Shown: positions 1 to 10,764, counted from the stretch's first letter. The stretch is DNA of 43,932 bases from Theionarchaea archaeon (GCA_018992685.1 JACVGT010000027.1:1-43932); one strand, 5' to 3'. Translations and numbers: made by a program. The notes: generated from the letters alone by a model not told the origin.

Positions 1-630
1 ATAGACTGCTTCCCTTTCTGTTAGATCTGGATTGATCTTTTTCAGGAGTCTCCCCAGGAGGTCATATTCATAGTGATAGGTATACCCTCTGGCATCAGTA
101 ATGGAGGTAATGTTCCCCAAATCATCATACACGGCAGATACCGTATTCTGTAAGGGGTCTATGATCTCTGTCATATAAGCTGCATTGTACTCAGGTCCAT
201 AGACAAACTGAACGGTACCATAGTCATTTGTTGCAGATACCATATTCCCGTGTGCATCGTAGGCAAAGGACTTCTCATACACGTCTGGTGTGGAATCCAC
301 AGGTACGTATAAGGCCCAGGAGAAGCGGGTGGTATAGCTACTTGACTCAGAGAATTCTAAGGTATTTTCCAGTGAGAAGTTCTGACCTGAATTGCATTCC
401 CGTGGGTGTCGGTAATCGACTGAAGTAACCCCCAGGAAGAAAACTCCAGGATTCTCCCATCCTTCAGATATAACGTATGAGTTTCATCCATGTGCCTAAT
501 CAATCTGAAATGGTCTCCCTTGTGGTTGTTGAATACCTGTTCCTCAGGGATCTGAAAATCCACCCTGTGTCGTGGAATCAACAATGACAGGATACACTCT
601 CTCCGGTGATTCTAACCAGTCCAACCCTGA
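1..630 (-). pseudogene. Fragmented RHS/YD-repeat protein relic (paralog of the RHS gene at 1995-7565); runs off the window edge
   Basis: Three minus-strand blocks in different frames match successive, widely separated parts of the intact RHS. GLDWLESPERVYPVIVDS..FSDP* matches GQEWLESAQYPVVIDPS..FEDAW. VFNNHKGDHFRL..ILEFSSWGLLQSITDTHGNAI matches FENHVGSHFTL..VYEFDTSGKLTQIQDIDENSI. ENTLEFSESSSYTTRFSWALYVPVD..YEYDLLGR matches ENTLYFTESSAPNTKFSWTLYVPVD..YTYDLLGR. Confidence 0.75.
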
Positions 631-1356
631 TGGCAGAAACGGTGAAACGATTCCATGCTGACCAGGATGCTCAGAGAGAACTTGAGGAATGGAGAGGGCA
701 AATGGCTGACGTGGAGAAGATGTTGAAAGTAATGGTCAAGATACCTGGGTTTGATAAACTGGTTGAGGAAGCTGCTGACAAGTCTGTGTAGTGGTACCAC
801 CTGGGAATGCAGAAGGTGTTGATTCTGACTCCTGATAAAAACTGCAGTTGTTGCATGGTCAAGAAGACTGATACTTAATTGGGTCAGTCTTGCTCATCTT
901 CTCTATTCTGTTGGGCATATTGTGTTCGACTGCTAGCTCATTACCGGGTCTTAGAAGGGGCACAAAGAGACCCGTTAAAGACCAGCGATGGAACCCTTTT
1001 AGAGAGTATTCGGTGGTTATGTTACTGCTGTCGTCATACGTGTAATCCATGATCATACTCCCAATTCTCTCAGGAAAAGGAGGGGGGATGAGAGGGAGTA
1101 GGTGTGATGGAGGTTATTATGCTGCAGCTGCGCTGGGGGCTTTGTGCAATATCAGCACTGGAATGTAGATATACCGTAATTTCAGGGTGAGAACGGGCTC
1201 CCATTACTGCCGCACCTTCCATGCAGATAGTCCGGTAGCACAAGGCTGCTCCTTCCGAATTGCATGCTGCAGTTCTAATGTGACCAGTCTTGCTCTTAGT
1301 ATGCACGCGATATAAGAATGCTTCCCTTTTCAAGTTTGGAGAAGAACCTACACAGA

Positions 1357-1638
1357 CTATGTTCGATGACGATCACGCAAGATCCTCCACGAGTGTTTCA
1401 TCCTCGAAATCGAATCACCCAAAAACAAAACTGCGCCAAGCCACATAAAAGGAACGCCCACCCACCAAAGACTCAGTATCATGGCTGACCCTATTCCCAG
1501 AAATAGTATACCAAGGGGCATTATTGCAGTCCTTGAATTGAGTGATGACGTCTTTTTCAGATAAACAAAGTACAGAACTGCAAATAGGATCACCAAGAAG
1601 GTAAAGTAAAAAAGGCTAAGATATGCAAGATTTTCCAT
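1357..1638 (-). CDS. Small membrane protein (93 aa, ~3 TM helices); candidate RHS immunity protein 2
   Basis: Hydrophobic ORF with RBS GGAGAGGTGA; overlaps the end of the upstream gene; second gene downstream of the RHS toxin. Confidence 0.7.
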   Translation of the reverse strand: MENLAYLSLFYFTFLVILFAVLYFVYLKKTSSLNSRTAIMPLGILFLGIGSAMILSLWWVGVPFMWLGAVLFLGDSISRMKHSWRILRDRHRT

Positions 1639-1993
1639 TCATATCACCTCTCCTCGCATGATTCAGATATATGTTCTTCAGAAAACGGAGGATTAATGGA
1701 ACCTGAATGCAAGTAAGTACCATTAGTGCCACTTCAAATCTAAGAATTTCTGCAGCAAAGAAGAGCCAGAGGAGACCAAGGACAACAAATGGGATGATTA
1801 TCGAGAACGCCTTGGCTCCGGCAAAGAACAAAGGCGCAGCTTCTTCCAAGCTATTAGACAGTGTCCCAGAATCAATTTCAGTCTCGTTTTTTTTGCAATA
1901 GTAGATCAAAAAGGCTGTCACTATTGTTGTTATTACGAAAAGAACACTAGTCACAATCCTGACTGTTAGTGATAAGATCATGGCAATATCCAT
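1616..1993 (-). CDS. Small membrane protein (125 aa, ~3 TM helices); candidate RHS immunity protein 1
   Basis: ATG lies 1 nt after the RHS stop codon, with GGAG RBS inside the RHS 3' end; strongly hydrophobic. Confidence 0.75.
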   Translation of the reverse strand: MDIAMILSLTVRIVTSVLFVITTIVTAFLIYYCKKNETEIDSGTLSNSLEEAAPLFFAGAKAFSIIIPFVVLGLLWLFFAAEILRFEVALMVLTCIQVPLILRFLKNIYLNHARRGDMNGKSCIS

Positions 1994-1994
1994 T

Positions 1995-4900
1995 TCATCG
2001 CTCCTTGCTTAGGATTTTATATAGTGCGTACGTGCCCAATATGACTCCGCCTATAATCAACCCCGCTCCCACAGCTAAAAAAAGTAGGCCCACTACGGTG
2101 GCTATAGCCACACCCTCAGCCACACCTGCACTAAAAAGAGCTATACCAAGCCAAGCCGGTCCAATACCAAATATAACTGCTGTTACTGCACCTAAAGCTA
2201 ACAGCTCATCTTTATCAGATTCGAGGCTTGGTATCCCACCGAATCCCATGAGATTGAATCCTGCTTCAGCTAGAAGTAAGGAACTCAAGAGGCTTTCTTT
2301 TCTTTGTGTCAGGCTCTTCTCTTCAGCCTTCTCAAGTTCCTTTCTGAGCTTATCATGTTCTTTTTCTCTTGCCTTGTCTCTTGCTTTGTCTTCCCAGTCT
2401 CCGATATTTTCTCCTTTCTTTGAGTCTATTGTGACGTCACCTTCACTTGTGGGGATTGTAATAACTCCATTGCCTCCGTAGACAGGATCTCCGGTGATTT
2501 CCGGCTCATCTACGTCGCCTCCACCTTCGATGCAAGGTTCAGTCGGCTTGTAAGATTCTCCCCACGGATCCGTGTAACTCAACGGATTGTTCTGGCAATA
2601 TGCAAACCGATTCAGACTCTGTGGATTAGACACATGCCCTATGAGGGAATCTCTGGTTATGAACCGTCCTAGGTCAGGATCGTAATACCGGGCGCCATAG
2701 TAGTAAAGACCAGTCTCGTCCAATTCTTTTCCAGTAAATGTATAATACTCAGTCCCTTCTTGTGTACTGACCTCTCCAAAAGGACGATAGGCTACAGCGA
2801 CGATTATGTTTCTACTTTCATCTGTTGCGAGCCTAGTAGATCCTAGATGATCACCAGAATAGTAGAAAATGTTTGATTCTTCGTCAACAGTCGTTCTCTT
2901 TGCCAGTCTCCCTGTTGGCCCATAGATATAGCAGGCAGTACCAGTCGAAGTCATTTCGTACACAACATCCAATTTGGAATATATATAGGTTGTGGTTACA
3001 CTGTTTTCCGTTGCTTGGATTCTCCTGCCATCACCATCATATGCATATTCCCCTATAGTTTCTGAGTTCTCTTCCACTTCAGTTAACCTGTTGGCATAAT
3101 CATAGGTGTAGTCCCACGTGTCATTTCCCTTGGCTTTCTGTGTCCTGTTTCCATTGTCATCGTACGTGAAAGAAGTGCCATCTGATAATGCAGTCACTTC
3201 ATTCACGACGTTTACCGTGTATGTTACGCCATCCTTTCCTGTTCTATTCCCTGCTTTGTCATACGAGTAACTATGAGACCAGGAGTTGCAGCTAGCAGAG
3301 GTTAATCGATCCAGTCCATCGTAGCTATAAGATTCAGTATCAGAATGCCACGAGGAACTAGTATCTCTCCATCCATTCACGAGCTGGGTGATATTGCTGC
3401 TGTTGTCGTATGTGTAATCCAGATCCAAGTAGGAGGTTGCACCATTCTTGACATCAATGGCTGAGATCCTGTCTCGTGAATCATACGAGTAAGCGGCCTG
3501 TAGATCATTTCCGTAGTCGAACTGTGTCAACAGGCTTTCTGTATCATACTGGGTATTATCCATTATGATCTCATCATTAGAACCATCCACATACCTCTTA
3601 GTCTCCGTTATTCGATTCAAGTCATCATACGAGTATAGAATCTCCATGTCATCTGGATACGTCAAGGCGGTCAATCTGTTGGCAACATCATACTGGTAGG
3701 AGACCGCATAGCTACTCTGAGAAAGGTACCTGATCTCGCTGGTCATTCTATTCCACGCATCATAAGAGTAAGAAACATAGTCGCCCTGACTCAACGCATC
3801 ATCATCCATACGTATTCTGTTTGAATTCAAATCATAGGTGAATGAGACCGTAGACTGATCCTGGTATTCGATCTGAGTCATTCTGTAAATTGAATCGTAG
3901 GTATAGGCCGTTTCATTTCCGTTGCAGTCCGTAAAAGAGGCGATGTTACCCACGTTACCATATTCATATTCTTCGTAATCTGAGTCTGGGTACGTAGTCC
4001 TCGTCAACCCGAGCAGAGAAGTATATGTGTAGGTTGTGGTATGATTTTCAGCATCTGTGAAAGATAGCAGATGGCCTACTTCGTCATACTGGTAGGTGGT
4101 GGCAGCAAAAGAATCGGCAGCATACTCTTCCTCCACTTCCTCCAATCGATTCAACCAATCGTACCAGTAGATCCTGTCATATCCTCTCCCATTGGTGAAG
4201 GTAACCTTGTTATTGGTGTCATCGAATGAATAGTAAACTGAGGAGGAATCCGGGCATTGAATCTGAGTGCAGCGACCGAGAAAATCATAGGTATAGGTAT
4301 ACGAATCATTGCCAGGATCTGTAACACTTGCAATCAAATCATTGTACTGGTGTGTTCTCGAGGCAGTTGCATACAGCGTACCTGATCCATACACTCCTGT
4401 ATACCACTTGACATCTGTGAGCCGGCCCACTCTGTCGTAGTAGTATGTCACGTAATGTCTCAACTGATCAATGATAGTGATTGTCCTGTTGGTGTCATCA
4501 TACACAGCTTCCAAGTACGATCTCTGGGCCTGGCCAGATAGTAATGGAAACTCTTTCTTGGTAACCCTTCCCAACAGGTCATAGGTATAAAGGTAATCAT
4601 ATCCAGATTCTGCATCAACGCCTCTTGGTTCCTGTATGGAGGTAATCCATCCTCTGTAGGAGTCGTAGGTAGCCTTGGTGGCAATAGTATCCTGGCCCAC
4701 AGTGGCTGAGATTTCTGTCAAGTATGCGTAAGAATAGGTGGCAGAATAGGTCAAAGAGAGGGTATTGGATTCAGCATCAGTGACAGACGTGACATTTCCA
4801 TAGGTATCATACTGCATACTGGTGGTATAGGTGTCTGGTGAATTGTCCACAGGAACATACAATGTCCAGGAAAATTTGGTGTTCGGTGCAGAGGATTCAG

Positions 4901-7565
4901 TGAAGTATAATGTGTTTTCACCATTTGTCAAACTGGTAACAGCGACCTGGGCTGTTGTATTTGCCAGATTTGTAGAGACAGGTTTCCAGGCGGATCCATT
5001 TACATCATACTGGACCTGTGCAGGATACGCTTTCCAGTAAGCGGTCACTGTGAAACCATGCGACTGTTGGTTACACGAGGGATTTGTCGTGCAGCTTTGA
5101 TACCCCAGAGTGTTAGGATAGTGGGTAAAAGGTCCAATATAGGCCCAGTCCTGGTAGATATCCACATCGGGGAAAACACCACATGAATAGGTATAGTACG
5201 TCTTGTAATTGCTGGATTGCCAGCTACAGAGCGTCCAGGTGGCATTAGTGCAGTCCATCCCGTAATCTGGAGTGTAGGAATGTACTTCTGAATAGGTAGG
5301 ATCAGAGGCCAACCCAGTAATCTGTAATACAGCATTTCCAGCTACCGTATAACCTGTCAAATCAACGGAGAAAGAAGTACTGCTGGTGTTCTCGTTAAAA
5401 GTCCCGGAAAAGGTCTCGTATGAGGTGTAATCTCCAAACAGAGAGTCAGATTCCGTGGGATGGGCCTCCCCATCGTAAGTCACATATACTTCTCTCACAT
5501 AGGTATCATCCTGTTTTTCTGCCATGCCAATCAAGGCCGTATGCACAGAGGAGGGCACAGTACTATTGGAGAATTTATTGGTGAAGGTCTGTTCTATTGT
5601 ACCCGTATTGTCCATGAAGAATCCTGCATCACTGGTGTTGGCATAGGAGAAAAACTTCTCATGGCCTCCTGCATCTTTCGTATAGGTGATGTTCCCCCAG
5701 TTATCGTATGCGCAGTAGGTGGTGTATGAAAGCGTCGATCCATCATTATATACATTCAGCTGCGTAACTGCCTTTTGAGAATTGTAGGTGTATGTGTATT
5801 TTCTGATAGGTGTAGCTGATGCATTCTTAGTTGTCTGTTCCGTGACTAACCCACTACTATTTATGGTGAAGTGGTAGGAACCTTTCGCGACATCTGACTC
5901 ATTCTTTATGGTGGCTGCAGAAGATGTGATTGCTTGAAACGTTCCCGTGTAAGAGAAAGCTGTGTGGCGGACTTGATTCGTCTCATACACTCTCTGGTCA
6001 GTAACATAATACTTGTAGTAATCACTATCGGAGAACCTGTCGTACGTGTATGTCGTATACCCTGTAGTAGCATACTCTATCTTGGATAGCAGCCAATAGT
6101 TGTACCCACTGTTATAGTAGTAACTTGTTCTCCTGTTCAGAAAATCATCCATCCACTGCAAACACCCATTTCCATCATATGAGTATTCCAATTCTGCACT
6201 ATTATACGTGATCTTCCATAATCGACCACCGGAATGGCTGAGACTGACTGTCCGTCCAATAGTATCTGTTATGGTGGTCAGAGTGCCACTCTCATAGGTG
6301 AAATCTATGCTATTCTCATCAATATCTTGGATTTGAGTCAACTTCCCGGATGTATCAAATTCATAGACTGTCCCGCCGGCCATGGCCAATGTATATGTAT
6401 TATTGCCATTTTTCACCAGCGTGAAATGAGAACCAACATGATTCTCGAAGGTATTACTCACCCAGGAGATTTTGTATACGGTTCCTCCCCATAAGTGCAA
6501 GTACTTGGTACCTACATACGGGAAGTCTAGCGACCATCCTTTACCCAGATCCACAGGTGGAGCTTCATAATCATAGGGACTCGTTCCATAAAACACGGCG
6601 GGAGTCTGGTATACTCTAGTAATGTTAACATCCAGCCCCCGTCCCGGAATCACCAGATCCGTCTGGGTAATGGTCAGTAGCCCATTGGCAGGGTTAACGA
6701 ACTCCTTCAAATTCTTGAAATACTGCCCGTACGGTGTCAACCCGGAAGATTGCCAAGCATCTTCAAAGATCTGCATGGATGGGTCAATCACCACAGGGTA
6801 TTGGGCAGACTCTAGCCATTCTTGTCCTACAGCATCAATGACCTTATGCAGTTCATATCCTGTCTCCGTTTCAACTAGATCGTAATGAATATCAGTACAA
6901 ACTGAGTCTCCATCATCCTTCATGAAAGGAGGAAGTATTTCAACTACAGGGTTCCAGTCTGAAGAGAATAGTAATGATCCAGTCTCAGTGTACTCCGGTG
7001 TCATTCCATCCCAGGAGATCTCATATATGAATCGCTCGCACTCTTTAAACTCAGAAAGTATCAGGCTCTCTGTTAATAACGATGTATCTACCTCATATTC
7101 CATATCTACAGAATCAAATACACCAGAGACAGAAAGCTCATTATCCTCAGAATCACTCTCCCCAGTCTGCACTTCCTCAGAATCATTCTCCACCAATTCC
7201 AGCTCGATCCAGGCGTCTCCAATCTCCATCCTCATGGTTTGTCCATCGAAGAACACTGTGTAATATGGAGAATCTGCCATATACTCATAATCTTGGCTGC
7301 TGCTGGAGTGGACTTCTAATGGCTCATGACTGGGGGACTCAGTATATCCATAATTCTCTTCAATACCATAAACTGCATCCTGCAGTGTAACGTGCCGTAA
7401 TCTGTCAAGTGGACTCCCGGGCACAACTCCTTCAGAAGGTATATCCGTCATTCCAGCCAAGAGCTGGACATTAAATAGGAGACCCATAAAAAGAATGGCC
7501 CCAATACAAAAAACTCTAAAGATTCTGCAAACCTCATCCTTTGTACCCACATCTCTCATCCTCAT
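1995..7565 (-). CDS. Secreted RHS/YD-repeat polymorphic toxin with hydrophobic C-terminal tip
   Basis: Many YD repeats (YDxxGRLT-type). RHS core FTGKELDETGLYYYGARYYDPDLGRFITRD..NPLSYTDPWG. N-terminal hydrophobic signal-like segment. Start moved from 7643 to ATG 7565 because GGAGG lies just upstream. Confidence 0.92.
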   Translation of the reverse strand: MRMRDVGTKDEVCRIFRVFCIGAILFMGLLFNVQLLAGMTDIPSEGVVPGSPLDRLRHVTLQDAVYGIEENYGYTESPSHEPLEVHSSSSQDYEYMADSPYYTVFFDGQTMRMEIGDAWIELELVENDSEEVQTGESDSEDNELSVSGVFDSVDMEYEVDTSLLTESLILSEFKECERFIYEISWDGMTPEYTETGSLLFSSDWNPVVEILPPFMKDDGDSVCTDIHYDLVETETGYELHKVIDAVGQEWLESAQYPVVIDPSMQIFEDAWQSSGLTPYGQYFKNLKEFVNPANGLLTITQTDLVIPGRGLDVNITRVYQTPAVFYGTSPYDYEAPPVDLGKGWSLDFPYVGTKYLHLWGGTVYKISWVSNTFENHVGSHFTLVKNGNNTYTLAMAGGTVYEFDTSGKLTQIQDIDENSIDFTYESGTLTTITDTIGRTVSLSHSGGRLWKITYNSAELEYSYDGNGCLQWMDDFLNRRTSYYYNSGYNYWLLSKIEYATTGYTTYTYDRFSDSDYYKYYVTDQRVYETNQVRHTAFSYTGTFQAITSSAATIKNESDVAKGSYHFTINSSGLVTEQTTKNASATPIRKYTYTYNSQKAVTQLNVYNDGSTLSYTTYCAYDNWGNITYTKDAGGHEKFFSYANTSDAGFFMDNTGTIEQTFTNKFSNSTVPSSVHTALIGMAEKQDDTYVREVYVTYDGEAHPTESDSLFGDYTSYETFSGTFNENTSSTSFSVDLTGYTVAGNAVLQITGLASDPTYSEVHSYTPDYGMDCTNATWTLCSWQSSNYKTYYTYSCGVFPDVDIYQDWAYIGPFTHYPNTLGYQSCTTNPSCNQQSHGFTVTAYWKAYPAQVQYDVNGSAWKPVSTNLANTTAQVAVTSLTNGENTLYFTESSAPNTKFSWTLYVPVDNSPDTYTTSMQYDTYGNVTSVTDAESNTLSLTYSATYSYAYLTEISATVGQDTIATKATYDSYRGWITSIQEPRGVDAESGYDYLYTYDLLGRVTKKEFPLLSGQAQRSYLEAVYDDTNRTITIIDQLRHYVTYYYDRVGRLTDVKWYTGVYGSGTLYATASRTHQYNDLIASVTDPGNDSYTYTYDFLGRCTQIQCPDSSSVYYSFDDTNNKVTFTNGRGYDRIYWYDWLNRLEEVEEEYAADSFAATTYQYDEVGHLLSFTDAENHTTTYTYTSLLGLTRTTYPDSDYEEYEYGNVGNIASFTDCNGNETAYTYDSIYRMTQIEYQDQSTVSFTYDLNSNRIRMDDDALSQGDYVSYSYDAWNRMTSEIRYLSQSSYAVSYQYDVANRLTALTYPDDMEILYSYDDLNRITETKRYVDGSNDEIIMDNTQYDTESLLTQFDYGNDLQAAYSYDSRDRISAIDVKNGATSYLDLDYTYDNSSNITQLVNGWRDTSSSWHSDTESYSYDGLDRLTSASCNSWSHSYSYDKAGNRTGKDGVTYTVNVVNEVTALSDGTSFTYDDNGNRTQKAKGNDTWDYTYDYANRLTEVEENSETIGEYAYDGDGRRIQATENSVTTTYIYSKLDVVYEMTSTGTACYIYGPTGRLAKRTTVDEESNIFYYSGDHLGSTRLATDESRNIIVAVAYRPFGEVSTQEGTEYYTFTGKELDETGLYYYGARYYDPDLGRFITRDSLIGHVSNPQSLNRFAYCQNNPLSYTDPWGESYKPTEPCIEGGGDVDEPEITGDPVYGGNGVITIPTSEGDVTIDSKKGENIGDWEDKARDKAREKEHDKLRKELEKAEEKSLTQRKESLLSSLLLAEAGFNLMGFGGIPSLESDKDELLALGAVTAVIFGIGPAWLGIALFSAGVAEGVAIATVVGLLFLAVGAGLIIGGVILGTYALYKILSKER

Positions 7566-7974
7566 GTTCCCAACCTCCAAAGCTTTGTACTGACTTCGCC
7601 GTCTGCATGTGCATACTTTTCGATCTGTAGACTTTGCCGTCAATACAGTTCAGCCACGGATATCTGTGCGATATTTTATTTAAACTTTTCGGTTCGGTTT
7701 GTATGAAATGTACTCTTATCTCAGTCTTGTGGTAACTAAGGCCGGACATATTAGTCTTGATTTGGGATTTTGTCTTTGAACGAATTTCCAGGATGACCTA
7801 TTTTCGTTATCAATTCTTGAAAGAACTAATTAGAGTTAATTGAAATCTTCATCATGTCTTATTTCTCTGGGGAGAAAAATATCCGTATGAAAATCATTCA
7901 ATTCAAAAGGATTGAATCCAGCACTATACTGCTCTCTCGAGTTCCGGAAGCTTGTAACTTCTCACCTTTCCCAC

Positions 7975-9339
7975 CTACATTCTCTGTCCCACAAAAAGAG
8001 GAGCCCCGTACTCCAGAAAAGCTCTGTACTTTTCACAGTATCCTTCAAAGAGCGTCCCCGATTGAAGGTATGCCTCATATGCACATCCTCCTCCACACAT
8101 CAGCGCCACGTCACATGTCCTGCATCGTGGAATAGACAACACATCTCTGTTCATCCAATCCTCAAACTTCTCATTGAATTTCAATTCCGGAATGAACTGC
8201 CCAACAGAAAAGGTCCTATCTCCCACGGCCCGGGGACAGCAATAAATGTCACCAAAAGGATCAAAAGAAAAAGTCTGAAAATGAGCAGAGCAATAGAAAG
8301 GTCGAGGCTGTAACTCCGTCCCCTGCAATATAGTCTGAGACAGATACCCTTCTACAAAGTACTCCCATGCGTAATGCATCACCTTGAAGAGAGAGGGTGA
8401 TTCCTTCCTCAGAGCCACAATCCTTTCTGCCATTTCAGAATAGGTCAAGAGACCTGGAGGAGTAGTATCCTTCCCAGGCAACACAGGTGTACAGGTAAAA
8501 GAAATATTCTTTCTGTTGACCCAGCCATGTTCTGTGACCCAGTCCCTAAAAGTGAGTAGTTCACCAATATTCTGTGCATCAACATTGATCCTCACTCCTA
8601 TGGGTATCCCGCTATCCAGGGCATCATCTATACCCTCCACTATTTTGAAGAAGGTACCTCCTCCGTCACTCCTCTTGCGGCGTGCATCATGGACATGTTG
8701 GCACCCATCAAGAGTCACGCCCAAGCCATCCACAGCATATTCCGAAAAGAGAGGAACAAATTCCTTGAGGTAATACCCATTCGTGTTGGCATGGAAGCTG
8801 AAGTCTCTCTCAGACCCTCTTTCCAGAATGTACGTCACGATAGAACGTGTAGAAGGGAGGAATGGCTCTCCTCCATAGAATGACATCCCCTCGACAGATT
8901 CCAGGGCAGGTATCTGCGTCATCGTCTTGAGAGCTGCATCCACAGTTTTCTCATCAATGACCACCCTCATGGTATCAGGTACAAACAGGTGGTCTGCCCA
9001 GCAGTAAGTACAGCGAAAATTGCACTGATAGGTTACAATGATGGCAGTCCGCGGATTTTGTGGTTTCTTCTGGTCTTCATATCTTTTGTTCATGAGTTCC
9101 TTTTCTTCTTCCTCTGTAAGGGTGGTGATGTACCCTTCATCTTTCAATTGAGATACAACAGCATCATTATCGACATCTGAATCAGTGGGGAATCTCGAGA
9201 GGACTTCCAGTTCCTCCCCACTCATAAGTGATGCATTTCCATACAGAGGATTGCAGACCAGGTATGACACCCCTCCTGCTGATGCGGGAAGTGGGATGAC
9301 AACAGTGTAGCTACTCTTCCGGAATGTGGATTCATTCAT
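7975..9339 (-). CDS. Radical SAM/SPASM-domain peptide maturase 2
   Basis: CNFRCTYC cluster motif, FYGGEP, and SPASM cysteines (FYCSAH..IYCC..CRTCDVALMCGGGC..YC). ~90-aa N-terminal extension typical of a fused RRE-like domain. Start at ATG 9339 after GGTGA (ORF open to 9372). Confidence 0.9.
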   Translation of the reverse strand: MNESTFRKSSYTVVIPLPASAGGVSYLVCNPLYGNASLMSGEELEVLSRFPTDSDVDNDAVVSQLKDEGYITTLTEEEEKELMNKRYEDQKKPQNPRTAIIVTYQCNFRCTYCWADHLFVPDTMRVVIDEKTVDAALKTMTQIPALESVEGMSFYGGEPFLPSTRSIVTYILERGSERDFSFHANTNGYYLKEFVPLFSEYAVDGLGVTLDGCQHVHDARRKRSDGGGTFFKIVEGIDDALDSGIPIGVRINVDAQNIGELLTFRDWVTEHGWVNRKNISFTCTPVLPGKDTTPPGLLTYSEMAERIVALRKESPSLFKVMHYAWEYFVEGYLSQTILQGTELQPRPFYCSAHFQTFSFDPFGDIYCCPRAVGDRTFSVGQFIPELKFNEKFEDWMNRDVLSIPRCRTCDVALMCGGGCAYEAYLQSGTLFEGYCEKYRAFLEYGAPLFVGQRM

Positions 9340-9378
9340 ATGATCACCATTAGTAGTCTTATCACCTCTCATATCGTC

Positions 9379-10764
9379 TTAATACGTACGCTGTGCTGTA
9401 TTCTGTCCCATGCCTGGAGGCACCCATCCCTCGTTGAGGAACCTGCGATAGCAAAACGGAATGTACTCTTCCAGGACCTGTCTCGTGGGTTGACACACGG
9501 GAGCACTCACGGTGCCATGTAACATGTACGCATGATATGCACACCCTCCTCCACACACAAAGGCGTAGGTACACTCCCCGCATTCTTTTATGTTCATCAC
9601 CATTCTCTGCCTCCACACGTTGGAGTTCTCATTAAATTCAAGGGAAGGAATAAAGTGTCCCACACAATGTTCGTCTTCTCCCACAGCCTCCCAGCAGGGA
9701 TAGATATTACCATGAGGGTCAAAGAAAAGCTGGTTTGAATGGGCTCGACAGTTGTAGAACTGGGGAGACCACACCTCGTCCCTCAATGCAGACTCCAGGG
9801 CGTGAAACCCTGCAACACCTCGCTTGAAAACTTCCCAGATCCTGTCCCGGCCCCATAATGAAAGGAGATGCGTAATGGACTCTTCTCTCCTGTATGCTTT
9901 TGCATATGTTCCGCACCCGTAATTGAACACAGAGGCCAGATACGGTATGGTATAGGGATTGGTGTGCCACCCCTGTGCTTTCAGAAAGGCTGCCAGGGGT
10001 TCAAGGCAGTCAATATTGGATTTATCAACGTTGACTCTGATGTGTGTCATGATCTCATGCGAACTCAATATTTCAATGCCTTCCACAATGTCCTGGAAAG
10101 ATCCTTTGTTTCCCGGCCCTTTCCTGCGTGCATCATGAACCTCCTGTGTTCCGTCCAGTGTGATCTGAACACCGTGAATACGGTGGTTACACAAGAGGGA
10201 GAGGTACTGCGGGATATGTGTGCCATTGGTGACAAAGTAGTGGGTGTATCCTCGTCGTGACCCCTCTTTCATGATGTAGGCGATGAGCTCTCTGTTCTCT
10301 GGAAGAAGGGGTTCTCCCCCAAAGTAGATCAGGGGTTTCTTCTCAGAATTTCTGTCATCCAGTTCATCCACTGCTGCAAAGAACAGGTCAATCTCTTCAT
10401 AGGAAAGGGTCCTGGCAATCCACTCTTTACCTCTGGTGTGCAGGAGCTGTTCCCAGCAGTAGGTGCACCTCAAGTTGCACGTGTAGGTGGGGATAATGAT
10501 GTGTGTTCTGGTCTGCGAGAAGCGCTGGTGGAGACGACCGCAGAACTCTTCCATGTAGTTCAGTTCTTCCTCAGGCGATAAATCTATCAGGTGGCCCCTC
10601 TCTATGAGAAATTCATAAATCGGAGAATCTGGTGGGGGAAGACCATGCTGAACAAGCTCAACCACTTCTCTATCTACAAGATCAACTGCTCCGGTACGGG
10701 AATTGACCAGGAGGTACTGGTCTTCATCTATCTTGAGAGGGAAACTGTATCTGCTGATCTTCAA
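9379..10764 (-). CDS. Radical SAM/SPASM-domain peptide maturase 1
   Basis: CNLRCTYC, YFGGEP, and SPASM cysteines (NCRAH..IYPC..CGECTYAFVCGGGC..VC). N-terminal YLLVNSRTGAVDLVD extension is RRE-like. TTG start after GAGGTGA. Confidence 0.9.
   Translation of the reverse strand: MKISRYSFPLKIDEDQYLLVNSRTGAVDLVDREVVELVQHGLPPPDSPIYEFLIERGHLIDLSPEEELNYMEEFCGRLHQRFSQTRTHIIIPTYTCNLRCTYCWEQLLHTRGKEWIARTLSYEEIDLFFAAVDELDDRNSEKKPLIYFGGEPLLPENRELIAYIMKEGSRRGYTHYFVTNGTHIPQYLSLLCNHRIHGVQITLDGTQEVHDARRKGPGNKGSFQDIVEGIEILSSHEIMTHIRVNVDKSNIDCLEPLAAFLKAQGWHTNPYTIPYLASVFNYGCGTYAKAYRREESITHLLSLWGRDRIWEVFKRGVAGFHALESALRDEVWSPQFYNCRAHSNQLFFDPHGNIYPCWEAVGEDEHCVGHFIPSLEFNENSNVWRQRMVMNIKECGECTYAFVCGGGCAYHAYMLHGTVSAPVCQPTRQVLEEYIPFCYRRFLNEGWVPPGMGQNTAQRTY

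Noticed and set aside
606-1333. Short ORFs 606-791, 859-1056 and 1070-1333 as intact genes or a transposon
   Set aside because: No RBS, transposase motif or terminal inverted repeats seen; they look like debris within the RHS relic region.
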